Source of the DNA: a virus
DNA length: 64,000 nucleotides
Virus record (IMG/VR): IMGVR_UViG_3300045988_131228
Span: 109,272 to 173,271 of that record
Reading direction: 5' to 3' (one strand)
Part shown: piece after piece, positions 36,811 through 45,671 of the stretch
Position numbering within the stretch: the stretch's first letter is position 1
How the letters are laid out: each line of letters begins with the position of its first letter
Program-made: the position numbers and the translations under genes
The notes under the pieces: generated by a model
The model's database searches: none
The model's input: only the letters and a program-made list of their open reading frames with translations
Told to the model about the DNA's origin: nothing

Positions 36811-37323
36811 TTATTTATTAATAAGTAATTCTTTTGGACAATAAATAATTCTCTTTCCTGCTTTTTGAGCTTTACGAATGGTAGACCAAACACCGCCAGA
36901 CTTATTACCATCCCAAATTGCTAGTAAGACATCACACTTATCAACTATGTATTGATCTCTTACGTTATCACAGCCTTTATAAAATTTATCTGATAATTCA
37001 ACCCATTCAGTTGCTTTTAGCTTTAAAAATTTATAATATTTATGTGATGAGTTATAATCTTTACAAGGAAGAATACAGTGTAATTTAATGCTATTTATGT
37101 AATGCATTGACACTCCTGCAATCGCAAATGCAATATCACTCCCAGAAGCCATTCCTGTATATAAATCAAGTGGTTCATTATTATCTGCACAAGTCTTTAT
37201 AAATTTACTCAATTCATCTATAATCCAAAACTGAATTGGAGTCCATTTTTCATCTGTTTCATCTTCTGGTAAACCTAATCTTTGATTTCTGTGTCCTGTT
37301 ATTCCAACTTTCATTTTACGCAC
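36811..37323 (-). CDS. SLOG-superfamily protein, YpsA/DUF1273-like; probable start ATG 37314
   Basis: MKVGITGHR.., GMASGSD, and C-terminal IWDG..SGGVW..I..A..GK..I pattern; SD GAGAGGTG before ATG 37314. Confidence 0.5.
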   Translation of the reverse strand: MRKMKVGITGHRNQRLGLPEDETDEKWTPIQFWIIDELSKFIKTCADNNEPLDLYTGMASGSDIAFAIAGVSMHYINSIKLHCILPCKDYNSSHKYYKFLKLKATEWVELSDKFYKGCDNVRDQYIVDKCDVLLAIWDGNKSGGVWSTIRKAQKAGKRIIYCPKELLINK

Positions 37324-37359
37324 CTCTCATTTTTTGTCCTTGAAACTGCCGTTTTAACT

Positions 37360-37632
37360 TTAATGTCCAATCATTTCTTTAGTAATTTCTTTATATTTTG
37401 CTTTATAACCATACTCCCATTTTGAATTTAAAATTGTAAGAACAGAATTTTCTACATTATTAGAAAATCCAATTAAACAGTTTGCGTATCCATACTCCCT
37501 ATCTTTATCGAAATCATAAGGATTTGAAATTTTTACCGTTCTAATTTCTTTCAACTTTTTAATACACGCATTATGACTATATGGTGATGATGGTATGTCA
37601 ACCAAATAATACTTTCTATTTCTTCGATCCAT
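37360..37632 (-). CDS. hypothetical phage protein (90 aa)
   Basis: ORF track. Confidence 0.55.
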   Translation of the reverse strand: MDRRNRKYYLVDIPSSPYSHNACIKKLKEIRTVKISNPYDFDKDREYGYANCLIGFSNNVENSVLTILNSKWEYGYKAKYKEITKEMIGH

Positions 37633-38014
37633 CGTTTTTCATTTCCTCCAACTTCTTCTCAGCTTCTTCTTTTGTAGCAAATACAAACGTTCCCCAAGGT
37701 TTACACATGTCAACAGTAAAACGATCCGCAAGAATAGTTGCATTCTTACCTGTCATACTTGTATAGATACAATATACAATCGTACCGATAGGTACTGGTA
37801 ATCTCAACAGTAATTCATGTTCTTCTGCTTCTTTATAAAATTTTAATTCTTCCAACCACTTTACAAGTTGCATATGTTCTTCCGCACATTTTATACAATT
37901 AGTCTTTATATCATTGTCTACAGAATCAATTGATTCAAAATCTGCACCTTTATAATTCTTTTCTGCTACTTCTTTTGCATGATCAATAGCTTCTTCAAGT
38001 GTTAATTCTCCCAT
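37616..38014 (-). CDS. hypothetical protein (132 aa), paralogue of 62342..62698
   Basis: Shared C-terminal pattern E..LLL+LP..+G..V....F.T+EEA.KKL.E. Confidence 0.55.
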   Translation of the reverse strand: MGELTLEEAIDHAKEVAEKNYKGADFESIDSVDNDIKTNCIKCAEEHMQLVKWLEELKFYKEAEEHELLLRLPVPIGTIVYCIYTSMTGKNATILADRFTVDMCKPWGTFVFATKEEAEKKLEEMKNDGSKK

Positions 38015-38566
38015 TTACTTCACCTTTTTCAGTTTCTCCACCGCCAACTTTAAAGACTCAACAAACTCATCATTTAATGTTGCGTGATCTGGATTATGGA
38101 TAAACTCTTCAAGTGTGTCAATTGCTTTTTCTTCTGTAAGCACTGTAAAATTTCCTGATTTTGCAATTTCAAGTATTTTGTCTATATTTTCTTTCCAAGC
38201 GGATATATAGCAAAGACTGCTACTGCATTTAGTATTCCTCATATACAATACACATTCTTGACACTTACGTGCATTGCATGAACTATCTAATTTTGAATAC
38301 CACTCAATAAACTTTCTTGCTGTCATTTCTTTTGTTCCGAGAAGTTCTGATGCTTCGTAGAAAGTATAGCCCAAAGAAATTCTACTTCTTCTATAAACAA
38401 TATTATCTGATGAGAATTTTAAAATATCTGGAAATGTGTATTGTTCAAATGGTTCACAATCATCTTTTTTATACCAGTGAAATCCCTGCTTTTCAGCTTC
38501 ATTTAAAATATATTCATATTCTCTTCGTGTTTTGACCAAAACACATGTGTTCATTAAATTAACCAT
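38015..38566 (-). CDS. hypothetical phage protein (183 aa)
   Basis: ORF track. Confidence 0.6.
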   Translation of the reverse strand: MVNLMNTCVLVKTRREYEYILNEAEKQGFHWYKKDDCEPFEQYTFPDILKFSSDNIVYRRSRISLGYTFYEASELLGTKEMTARKFIEWYSKLDSSCNARKCQECVLYMRNTKCSSSLCYISAWKENIDKILEIAKSGNFTVLTEEKAIDTLEEFIHNPDHATLNDEFVESLKLAVEKLKKVK

Positions 38567-38578
38567 CTACTCTACCTC

Positions 38579-38800
38579 CTAAAAAGACATATCTTCTAAA
38601 TGCTCATAAATTTTATGCGGAATAAAACAAATTGCCATAAATACAAATCTTAATATTACTATTGGAATCTCTGCAAACAGACACAATATGAACCAAATAC
38701 ATACCAGTTTACTTCTTCTCCACCACTCCAAAGGTTTTCTTGAAATTTTTCCGTCCGTATTTCGTAATGCTTCAAAAGCAATTTTGCTTATTGCAATCAT
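38579..38800 (-). CDS. small membrane protein (73 aa)
   Basis: ORF track; hydrophobic core LVCIWFILCLFAEIPIVILRFVFMAICFI. Confidence 0.5.
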   Translation of the reverse strand: MIAISKIAFEALRNTDGKISRKPLEWWRRSKLVCIWFILCLFAEIPIVILRFVFMAICFIPHKIYEHLEDMSF

Positions 38801-39142
38801 CTACTCTACCTCTTCAAATTCTATCTTCTTACCAATGTATTTCTTCTTAATAACCTCATTTACATTGTTTGGATATGTTTTAATCACATAATCAATATCT
38901 ATAACTACATCAATAATATAATCATCATTATCCGTTACAATATCTCCTAATGTCCCACCAGGAACTCTAATAGCGTAACAATGTTCTTTCTTGTCAGAAT
39001 CGGTTGCATATATATAATGCCTATATTTACATCCTTCATATGATTCTCGTTTATTTAGTCCAGATAAAATATCCAATTCCTTTGTTAGCTCACAATAATA
39101 TTCATCTCTACAGCATCCTTCGTATTTTCTTTTTAAAATCAT
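38801..39142 (-). CDS. hypothetical phage protein (113 aa)
   Basis: ORF track. Confidence 0.55.
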   Translation of the reverse strand: MILKRKYEGCCRDEYYCELTKELDILSGLNKRESYEGCKYRHYIYATDSDKKEHCYAIRVPGGTLGDIVTDNDDYIIDVVIDIDYVIKTYPNNVNEVIKKKYIGKKIEFEEVE

Positions 39143-39145
39143 ATT

Positions 39146-39445
39146 TTATCCCTCTTTAAACTTTTCTATTTTATCTTCTATTTCTGCAATTTCATCTTCC
39201 CAAAATTCAATTAATTTCTCTTCAATCTGTATTTTTGCATCTTCGATACTTTCAGCCATTAAATCATCATCTTCTACATTCATTTCTCTTGACACATAAT
39301 TATAACATTCTGGAATTTTATTATCTTGTGCTACAATGGCAAGAATATTATCATCGTTTTCATCTTCATCAAATGGTATAAAATACAATGCATAGCATAA
39401 TTTCCCATATTTATTGTTATCAATATTCTTCCAATATTTACTCAT
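39146..39445 (-). CDS. acidic hypothetical protein (99 aa)
   Basis: ORF track. Confidence 0.55.
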   Translation of the reverse strand: MSKYWKNIDNNKYGKLCYALYFIPFDEDENDDNILAIVAQDNKIPECYNYVSREMNVEDDDLMAESIEDAKIQIEEKLIEFWEDEIAEIEDKIEKFKEG

Positions 39446-39544
39446 ATCTTCTCCTTTTATGTATACGCTATATAGTACATTCCATCAATCAATATGCTAT
39501 ATATGGTGTTGTTATTGTCATGAAACCAGCGTTTAATTTTTTAA

Positions 39545-40138
39545 CTATTCATATTTTTCTTTTACACTATCGGCTTCTTTAATAGTAAGATTTCTTACTG
39601 CATTAAACTGATCTTTATATGATAAATCATCAAATTCATATACTGTCATATTTTTTAATTCTTCTAAAGAATATAATTTACTTTCAATTATATTTTCATC
39701 ACTGATAATACACGCAAGACTAATCTCATTTTCATCTTTGTAAAATTCATGATTCTCAAACCATGTCGCATTATTATTCACACTATCATATAATCTTTGT
39801 CTGAACTCAGAAATTTGACACATATATTCTGCTAAAATGCTATATGATTTTGCTGATCCAATTGATGTGTCACCGTAACTCTCTTTAAAAATCGCATCGT
39901 CTTTTAAAATATCTGAAACATAAATATATCTCCCATTACTTCTCTTTAATACTTCTTCTGTTTCTTTATCTGAAATATATCCTTTACCAAGCATCCAGAA
40001 CAATAATGGTGTCCCATTTACAATACGTTCATTGTAATCAATGTAATCTTCTCCAGCTTCTTCCATAAATCTATGGAATACACAATAACATAAGAATGGA
40101 TCTTTTAGTTCGTCTGGTGATTTAATAATATAACTCAT
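39545..40138 (-). CDS. hypothetical phage protein (197 aa)
   Basis: ORF track; SD AAAGGAGG. Confidence 0.6.
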   Translation of the reverse strand: MSYIIKSPDELKDPFLCYCVFHRFMEEAGEDYIDYNERIVNGTPLLFWMLGKGYISDKETEEVLKRSNGRYIYVSDILKDDAIFKESYGDTSIGSAKSYSILAEYMCQISEFRQRLYDSVNNNATWFENHEFYKDENEISLACIISDENIIESKLYSLEELKNMTVYEFDDLSYKDQFNAVRNLTIKEADSVKEKYE

Positions 40139-40182
40139 AAATTATTCCTCCTTTGAAACTCGTGTTTCATCTAATACCTCTA

Positions 40183-40258
40183 TACAATATGCACAAAAAT
40201 TCGTTTGAAATGCAACGAGAAATCAATATATTCCAATTCTTGTTTTGTGCATATTGTA
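40183..40258. repeat. perfect 16-bp inverted repeat TACAATATGCACAAAA / TTTTGTGCATATTGTA separated by 44 bp
   Basis: Arms 40183..40198 and 40243..40258, in a 299-bp stretch without a credible ORF. Confidence 0.8.
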
Positions 40259-40437
40259 CACTTTATATCTAATATTGTTTTATCAATCTTTTAATAGCTG
40301 CGTTTCCCACTTTTCAGATAATTCTTCCAATGATTCAATTGAATTTAGTTTATCTTATCAATATTAAATCCACTACTTTCCAGAACATAATCCTTTTGTT
40401 TTAGAAAATCTTCGTAATTCATTCAATCTCCTTTTCA

Positions 40438-40809
40438 TTATTTATTATATTTTTCTATAAAATCTAATTCTCCATTAGACTTTAATTTTTCATATTCTTT
40501 CATCCACTGACGAGCAGTATATCTATTGTTATTTATATTCTTCCATAAGTTTTCATCAAACGGTTTATCACATTCACAAATAAGTACGTGTTGACAAAAC
40601 AGAAATATCTGACGGGAATATTCGGCAGAATAGCCACGAAGTTTAGAATTTGAAATGTATGCTGAGTCATATAGATAACTGTCGGCTAAAATAGAATCAT
40701 ACATTTCAGTCTTTACATTCCAATAACAACAAACTTTATAATACAAATCATTCATTTTATATGGTGGATGTAAGTATATCTGACTTCTCCATTCATAATG
40801 ATCTAACAT
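40438..40809 (-). CDS. hypothetical phage protein (123 aa)
   Basis: ORF track. Confidence 0.55.
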   Translation of the reverse strand: MLDHYEWRSQIYLHPPYKMNDLYYKVCCYWNVKTEMYDSILADSYLYDSAYISNSKLRGYSAEYSRQIFLFCQHVLICECDKPFDENLWKNINNNRYTARQWMKEYEKLKSNGELDFIEKYNK

Positions 40810-41039
40810 ATATCACCGTGTCCTCTTACAGACTCAATTTTTAAAATTACAGGTCTATATTTATTTTTGCCTTTTCTTTTGTCTGTAATTTCTTGTAATT
40901 TATCAAACAAAATTGGAAGTCCATATTCTGTATACCAAACATCACTATATTGTTTTACCTTTCCTACATAGCCATCTTTATCGACCGCTAAAGTGTAATA
41001 ATCTACTTTCCACATATGATTTCTCCTACCAAAGATCAT
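40803..41039 (-). CDS. hypothetical phage protein (78 aa)
   Basis: ORF track. Confidence 0.5.
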   Translation of the reverse strand: MIFGRRNHMWKVDYYTLAVDKDGYVGKVKQYSDVWYTEYGLPILFDKLQEITDKRKGKNKYRPVILKIESVRGHGDIC

Positions 41040-41250
41040 CCTTATCGTTTGCGTTCATCATCTGATCCAGTCTTTTCCCTATATTCTTAGATGCTATATC
41101 ACGTATGAATAAATCAATTCTATTACAACAATCATCACATAAATGTAATTGTACTGATTTGAATTTGCCATTTGAATGCATCATTGGAATATAATATCTT
41201 TCTAAATACTTCGATTCTTTTCCACATAAATCACAGATATATTTAATCAT
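41026..41250 (-). CDS. zinc-ribbon protein (74 aa)
   Basis: CDLCG..CDDCC. Confidence 0.55.
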   Translation of the reverse strand: MIKYICDLCGKESKYLERYYIPMMHSNGKFKSVQLHLCDDCCNRIDLFIRDIASKNIGKRLDQMMNANDKDDLW

Positions 41251-41273
41251 ATATTATTTCTCCTTAAAATATT

Positions 41274-41708
41274 TTAAATATAATCTTGTATTGTTCTTCT
41301 CAGTTCAGAAATTTTATATTCAAATATTCTAATTTGCTTCTGAATCTTATCTATTCTATCGTTTTCATATTTTACTTTATCTTCCATAATACCTTTCGCA
41401 AATCCTCGTTTAGTCAATTTATAAGCGAAAAAATCTTTATCAATTTGATTATAAACAATAGTTTTGTTGCTCTTACTTTTAATGTAATCTCTTGATACAT
41501 ATTCAGTTCCATAGCAAGCATTTTTATACTCTAAATCATATTTTCCATTTTGATTTAGAGTTCTCTCGTACAATTCTTGTCGATCAGGTTCTCCACTTTC
41601 GCCAGTTCCATGCAATAAATAATGTTTTCCATCATAATCAAAAAGAATAGACCAATCTCTCACTTTCGTTATCTTTAATAACGAAACATCTTGAATATTA
41701 ATCATCAA
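41274..41708 (-). CDS. hypothetical phage protein (about 143 aa)
   Basis: ORF track. Confidence 0.55.
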   Translation of the reverse strand: MMINIQDVSLLKITKVRDWSILFDYDGKHYLLHGTGESGEPDRQELYERTLNQNGKYDLEYKNACYGTEYVSRDYIKSKSNKTIVYNQIDKDFFAYKLTKRGFAKGIMEDKVKYENDRIDKIQKQIRIFEYKISELRRTIQDYI

Positions 41709-41738
41709 ATCACCTTCTAAAATGAAATAAATTTTTCA

Positions 41739-41891
41739 TCATGTAAAAAACATTACAAAAATAGTTACTATTAAAGAAATACTCATTATACTAATAACAT
41801 CTATATTTCTTTTACATATCATTCCAGTTATAGAACTTGCTGTACATACAATCCACATAACAATTAACAAAATTGTTGTACCTGTAATCAT
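41739..41891 (-). CDS. small two-helix membrane protein (50 aa)
   Basis: Own translation: MITGTTILLIVMWIVCTASSITGMICKRNIDVISIMSISLIVTIFVMFFT; ATG overlaps the upstream TGA (ATGA). Confidence 0.5.
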   Translation of the reverse strand: MITGTTILLIVMWIVCTASSITGMICKRNIDVISIMSISLIVTIFVMFFT

Positions 41892-42241
41892 TCCTTCTCC
41901 TTCACAATCTTTACAGAATAACCAAGAGCTTTTTCAATATCTTCTAATGTCATTTCTTTTGGCTTTTGTTCATGCTCTATAATATTATTTAATAGCCATA
42001 AATCATTTTTGAATAATCCCGAAATCGTACATTCACCAGTTAAGCCATCTTGTTCAATATTTACTTTATCTATTGCATCATCCATATCACCAATTACAAT
42101 GTTTGTAGCATAAATATATGAATCTCCAACATCTAATTTGATATCTAATAGAAACAGTTTATCTGATTTTTTAAGTTTCATATCTACGATTTTAACTAAT
42201 CTCATTCCAAATTCCTCTTTTAAAATTTTTGTGTTTGTCAT
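41888..42241 (-). CDS. hypothetical phage protein (117 aa)
   Basis: ORF track. Confidence 0.55.
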   Translation of the reverse strand: MTNTKILKEEFGMRLVKIVDMKLKKSDKLFLLDIKLDVGDSYIYATNIVIGDMDDAIDKVNIEQDGLTGECTISGLFKNDLWLLNNIIEHEQKPKEMTLEDIEKALGYSVKIVKEKE

Positions 42242-42250
42242 AATGTCTCC

Positions 42251-42403
42251 TTATATAAAAGCATCTGTAATAACATCTGGAAGATTTTTTAAAAGTTTAT
42301 CAACTCTATTTTCATTCTTCTTTCTTACACGTTTTCTCTTATGATACATTGATAAACTACTACATTTAACAAATTGCTTACTCAATTTCGGTTCTTTACT
42401 CAT
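42251..42403 (-). CDS. basic small protein (50 aa)
   Basis: Own translation: MSKEPKLSKQFVKCSSLSMYHKRKRVRKKNENRVDKLLKNLPDVITDAFI; SD AAAGGAA. Confidence 0.45.
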   Translation of the reverse strand: MSKEPKLSKQFVKCSSLSMYHKRKRVRKKNENRVDKLLKNLPDVITDAFI

Positions 42404-42413
42404 ATATTTCCTT

Positions 42414-42866
42414 TCAACCAAACGTAATTACTCCACCTGGATATTCTCTGAAAAATTGTGATACTCGTTCTAATTGTTTATCCGTCAATTTAAAATATCT
42501 TTTTCGTAAAAATCTTCTCAAATCTCTACGACTTCTAATAATTCTTCGTGGATAATTAGAAATCCTAAATGTGTCATGGTATTCAAGAACATCAGTATAT
42601 AATTTTGAGCATTTTCCAATTTCCTTATATGTCTTATCTATGCCTGAACCATATCCTAATTGCCACCAATAAAATCCATATACACAAGGAATATTTTCAT
42701 TATATGATTTCATAAGAAGATCATATAAATTCTTATCATATAATCCAATTTCAATATTCTTTTTAGAATCACCTGTTAAATAATATATTTCCTTTGGTGC
42801 GTTTTCTTTCATTTTCTCAAATTCTTTGTCTGTAATTGGTCTACTAAACCAAGTATGACATCCCAT
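42414..42866 (-). CDS. hypothetical phage protein (150 aa)
   Basis: ORF track. Confidence 0.55.
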   Translation of the reverse strand: MGCHTWFSRPITDKEFEKMKENAPKEIYYLTGDSKKNIEIGLYDKNLYDLLMKSYNENIPCVYGFYWWQLGYGSGIDKTYKEIGKCSKLYTDVLEYHDTFRISNYPRRIIRSRRDLRRFLRKRYFKLTDKQLERVSQFFREYPGGVITFG

Positions 42867-42880
42867 ATTTAATTCCCCTC

Positions 42881-43072
42881 TTAATCATGATTTTCTTTAC
42901 TCAACTCTTGTTTATATCTTCTGTTTCTCCTTTTATTTTTAATACTTTGTTGTTCTTTTAAAAGTTTACATCCATTGCAATTATTTCTATTTTTACAGAA
43001 CCAACAATTATCAGTTTCTAAGAACCACCAGTAAGGCGGAGACGGACGATGTTTTCTTTTTGCTTTGCCTAT
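42881..43072 (-). CDS. basic Cys-rich protein (63 aa) with apparent ATA start codon
   Basis: Own translation: (I)GKAKRKHRPSPPYWWFLETDNCWFCKNRNNCNGCKLLKEQQSIKNKRRNRRYKQELSKENHD. SD GGTGGTGA (43086..43079) lies 6 nt before ATA 43072..43070. In-frame TGA inside the SD; no ATG/GTG/TTG in the frame. Confidence 0.5.
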   Translation of the reverse strand: MGKAKRKHRPSPPYWWFLETDNCWFCKNRNNCNGCKLLKEQQSIKNKRRNRRYKQELSKENHD

Positions 43073-43116
43073 TGAGAATCACCACCTTTGATACAATGAA
43101 AGATTTCTTTCAACTG

Positions 43117-43551
43117 TTAATTATCGCAAATTATGTATCTATATCCCATATTCTTACTACATAATTCAATCATATACGAATCTAAAGTATCAAATTTTAT
43201 CAAACATCTTGTTCTATCATCAAAAAAGAATTTTTCTCCAAATGTATCAAGTCCAGAACTTTCGTTAATTATTTTAATAAAATCAGATATCTCGTATATA
43301 CAAACATTAAATCCAACAACACTAGCAATTTCTTCCTCTGATAGAAGATCTTCGTTTTTTACACAATCCAAATATTCGTCTACTTCTCTACAAAAATTTT
43401 TATATAACGATTTAATATCTTTCCCACTATATATACAATTTTCAGGAACTTTTTCAATATATCCCATTAATCTATTTGTTCTTGTTTCTAATTCAATAGT
43501 TCCTGTTAAACCTTTATATGATTTTAATTTTCCTAAAAATACTGTTTTCAT
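43117..43551 (-). CDS. hypothetical phage protein (144 aa)
   Basis: ORF track. Confidence 0.55.
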   Translation of the reverse strand: MKTVFLGKLKSYKGLTGTIELETRTNRLMGYIEKVPENCIYSGKDIKSLYKNFCREVDEYLDCVKNEDLLSEEEIASVVGFNVCIYEISDFIKIINESSGLDTFGEKFFFDDRTRCLIKFDTLDSYMIELCSKNMGYRYIICDN

Positions 43552-43565
43552 GAAATCAACCTTTC

Positions 43566-43742
43566 ATCTCATCAGATCCCCTACTTACACTCCAAAATTG
43601 TAAGAAATTATATTGAAAACATTCAGCAGAAAAGTCTGAATAACTCTGCAACTTATCTGGTTTGGCTTGCGCCTTGTAGCAATGACTACGTTTAGGGCAG
43701 TCACTACTACAGCACATTGTAATATCAGGCATTTTTATTACT
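43566..43742 (-). CDS. Cys-rich small protein (58 aa)
   Basis: Own translation: MPDITMCCSSDCPKRSHCYKAQAKPDKLQSYSDFSAECFQYNFLQFWSVSRGSDEMKG. Confidence 0.45.
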
Positions 43743-43860
43743 GTCTTTCTTCTTACGTTTCACAGAATCAGCTTTAATTTTAAGATGCTCATTCTCAATT
43801 TTTCTCATCATTCCTCTGGATTTTCCTGTCTGCTTGCATGTAATTCCCATGGTGTTTTCT
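43735..43860 (-). CDS. basic small protein (41 aa)
   Basis: Own translation: MGITCKQTGKSRGMMRKIENEHLKIKADSVKRKKKDSNKNA; SD AAAGGAG. Confidence 0.4.
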
Positions 43861-43883
43861 CCTTTATTCTTTTCTTCTATATT

Positions 43884-44840
43884 TTATTTCTTCATAAAAC
43901 TAAATATCCAAGCTATCATATCAACAGTCCAACCATTACCAATAGCTTCAAATCTTCTTGTCTTTGGCATTTTTACAATGTTTCCATCTTCGTTCAACCC
44001 AAACTCCGTATATCCATCTGGTAATGTTTGAAGTCTTTCTATCTCAACAGGACAAGTTTTCTTATATGTTTCTCCACCTAACCAAACGTTGAATTTAGTT
44101 TCAGTTCTACATCTTGGAACTGTTGGTGCTTTATTATCAAGAAAATACATCCTATCTTGCTGAGAAAAATGTCCTTTTCCGCTTAAATCATACTTTATGT
44201 AATTCTCACATTTAATCAATGTGTTTCTGATACGATCATCAAAATGTTTAATCAGTTCAGAATCATCTACAATCACATCCTTTACTAAAATTCCTTTATC
44301 TTCTGGTTCTCCTTTTATTGGAATATTCGTCCAATATAATCTCTTGCGCCTCTGAGCTGAAACTAATTGGCTGTCTAAAAGCACAGGTTCAACACCAAGT
44401 TCTTTTGTGATAGCATCACGTATAGAATCTGCAATGCCATAATTGTTCTCATATAGAAAATATTTTGGTTTCGATTCATGTAACGCTCTTACATATTGCA
44501 TAAACAATTTCCAACCATCTCCACCATGCACGACTTCTCTTTTATGTTTTGCAGTTTTAGAACACTTTGCTGCTGAAAATTCAGTACAGGGACTACCACC
44601 AATTAACAAATCAATACCATCATATTTACTAAAATCTTCATCAAAAACATCACCACATTGATAAATTGATGGATAATTATATCTACTTATCTTAATTGCA
44701 TTCTGTTCAATCTCATAAGCATAGTAATCTTTAACCTTAAATCCAGATCTATCCAATGCAATTCTGCCACATGATATACCATCAAATAGACTTAATACTC
44801 TTAATCCATTCTCCGATGAATTATTATTTTTATCGGATAG
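43884..44840 (-). CDS. DNA (cytosine-5)-methyltransferase; reading frame open from 44840 but no canonical start precedes motif I
   Basis: Motif I LSLFDGISCG (own translation of 44757..44840, upstream of the track's TTG at 44756). Also motif IV GGSPCTEFS, QRRKR, and motif X AIGNGWTV. Confidence 0.85.
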   Translation of the reverse strand, partial: LSDKNNNSSENGLRVLSLFDGISCGRIALDRSGFKVKDYYAYEIEQNAIKISRYNYPSIYQCGDVFDEDFSKYDGIDLLIGGSPCTEFSAAKCSKTAKHKREVVHGGDGWKLFMQYVRALHESKPKYFLYENNYGIADSIRDAITKELGVEPVLLDSQLVSAQRRKRLYWTNIPIKGEPEDKGILVKDVIVDDSELIKHFDDRIRNTLIKCENYIKYDLSGKGHFSQQDRMYFLDNKAPTVPRCRTETKFNVWLGGETYKKTCPVEIERLQTLPDGYTEFGLNEDGNIVKMPKTRRFEAIGNGWTVDMIAWIFSFMKK

Positions 44841-45025
44841 TCATGAATGTCCGATTTATGCAGCATTACAAAGTTTATAGAAAGGAATTTAGGTAACTCC
44901 TAGGATAAAGTAGTTGTACAACTCCCTATAAAATAAGGGAATTTGAGTCATTTAGTTGAAAATAATATTTCTTTGTTCTTGGAAATAATTTGGGTGATCA
45001 CCCATAGAAATTTACTCGATATGTA

Positions 45026-45181
45026 TTAATCATCCCAATAATCATAATCAGGATTCATAGGGCATTCAGGACATCTACAAACTAATTCTCCATATTCGTC
45101 CATATAATAATCATCACCATAACCACTACATTCATAACAGTAATCATATGGATCTTCTTCGTAATCGTCTAAATCATTCAT
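45026..45181 (-). CDS. acidic Cys-rich mini-protein (51 aa)
   Basis: Own translation: MNDLDDYEEDPYDYCYECSGYGDDYYMDEYGELVCRCPECPMNPDYDYWDD. Confidence 0.45.
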   Translation of the reverse strand: MNDLDDYEEDPYDYCYECSGYGDDYYMDEYGELVCRCPECPMNPDYDYWDD

Positions 45182-45650
45182 CTTTCACCTCTAGTTTCTT
45201 TAAATCCTCAATACTCCAAGGTTCTTCATCTTCCCATTTGATAAAGTCAAACATATTACCAAATAGATTATTAGAAATATAATAATAGTCACACATTGAC
45301 ATATTTTCGATACGCCAACCATCATATTCTTTAATTGGTAGTGAATCAATAGCATATAATACACCATTATTATCTCTTACAATGTACTTCCATTTAGCCA
45401 AAATCAAATCAAAGAACATTTTCTCTTTTGATGTAATTGTATACTTAGGTTTCTTTACATATTCTGATTCTGACCATTCATATCGTTTAATTCTACAAGT
45501 TTTTTCAGAATCTTTAGGACTTTTAAATATACACTTCTTACAACTAATCTGACTACAATAGGTAATTTTGCTTGACTTTGTAACTGCAAATTCTAAACCT
45601 TTACACGCAACATCTAAAATTTCTTTAGCAAATTTTTCTCTATTCTTCAT
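45174..45650 (-). CDS. hypothetical phage protein (158 aa)
   Basis: ORF track. Confidence 0.55.
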   Translation of the reverse strand: MKNREKFAKEILDVACKGLEFAVTKSSKITYCSQISCKKCIFKSPKDSEKTCRIKRYEWSESEYVKKPKYTITSKEKMFFDLILAKWKYIVRDNNGVLYAIDSLPIKEYDGWRIENMSMCDYYYISNNLFGNMFDFIKWEDEEPWSIEDLKKLEVKDE

Positions 45651-45671
45651 TTAAACCTCCAATATACTTTA

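Noticed and set aside
44844-45028. Group I intron or intein-like interruption of the C5-methyltransferase 5' end.
   Set aside because: The segment is only about 185 bp, too short for a group I intron. No upstream exon encoding methyltransferase sequence is visible; the preceding ORF is an unrelated acidic Cys-rich mini-protein.
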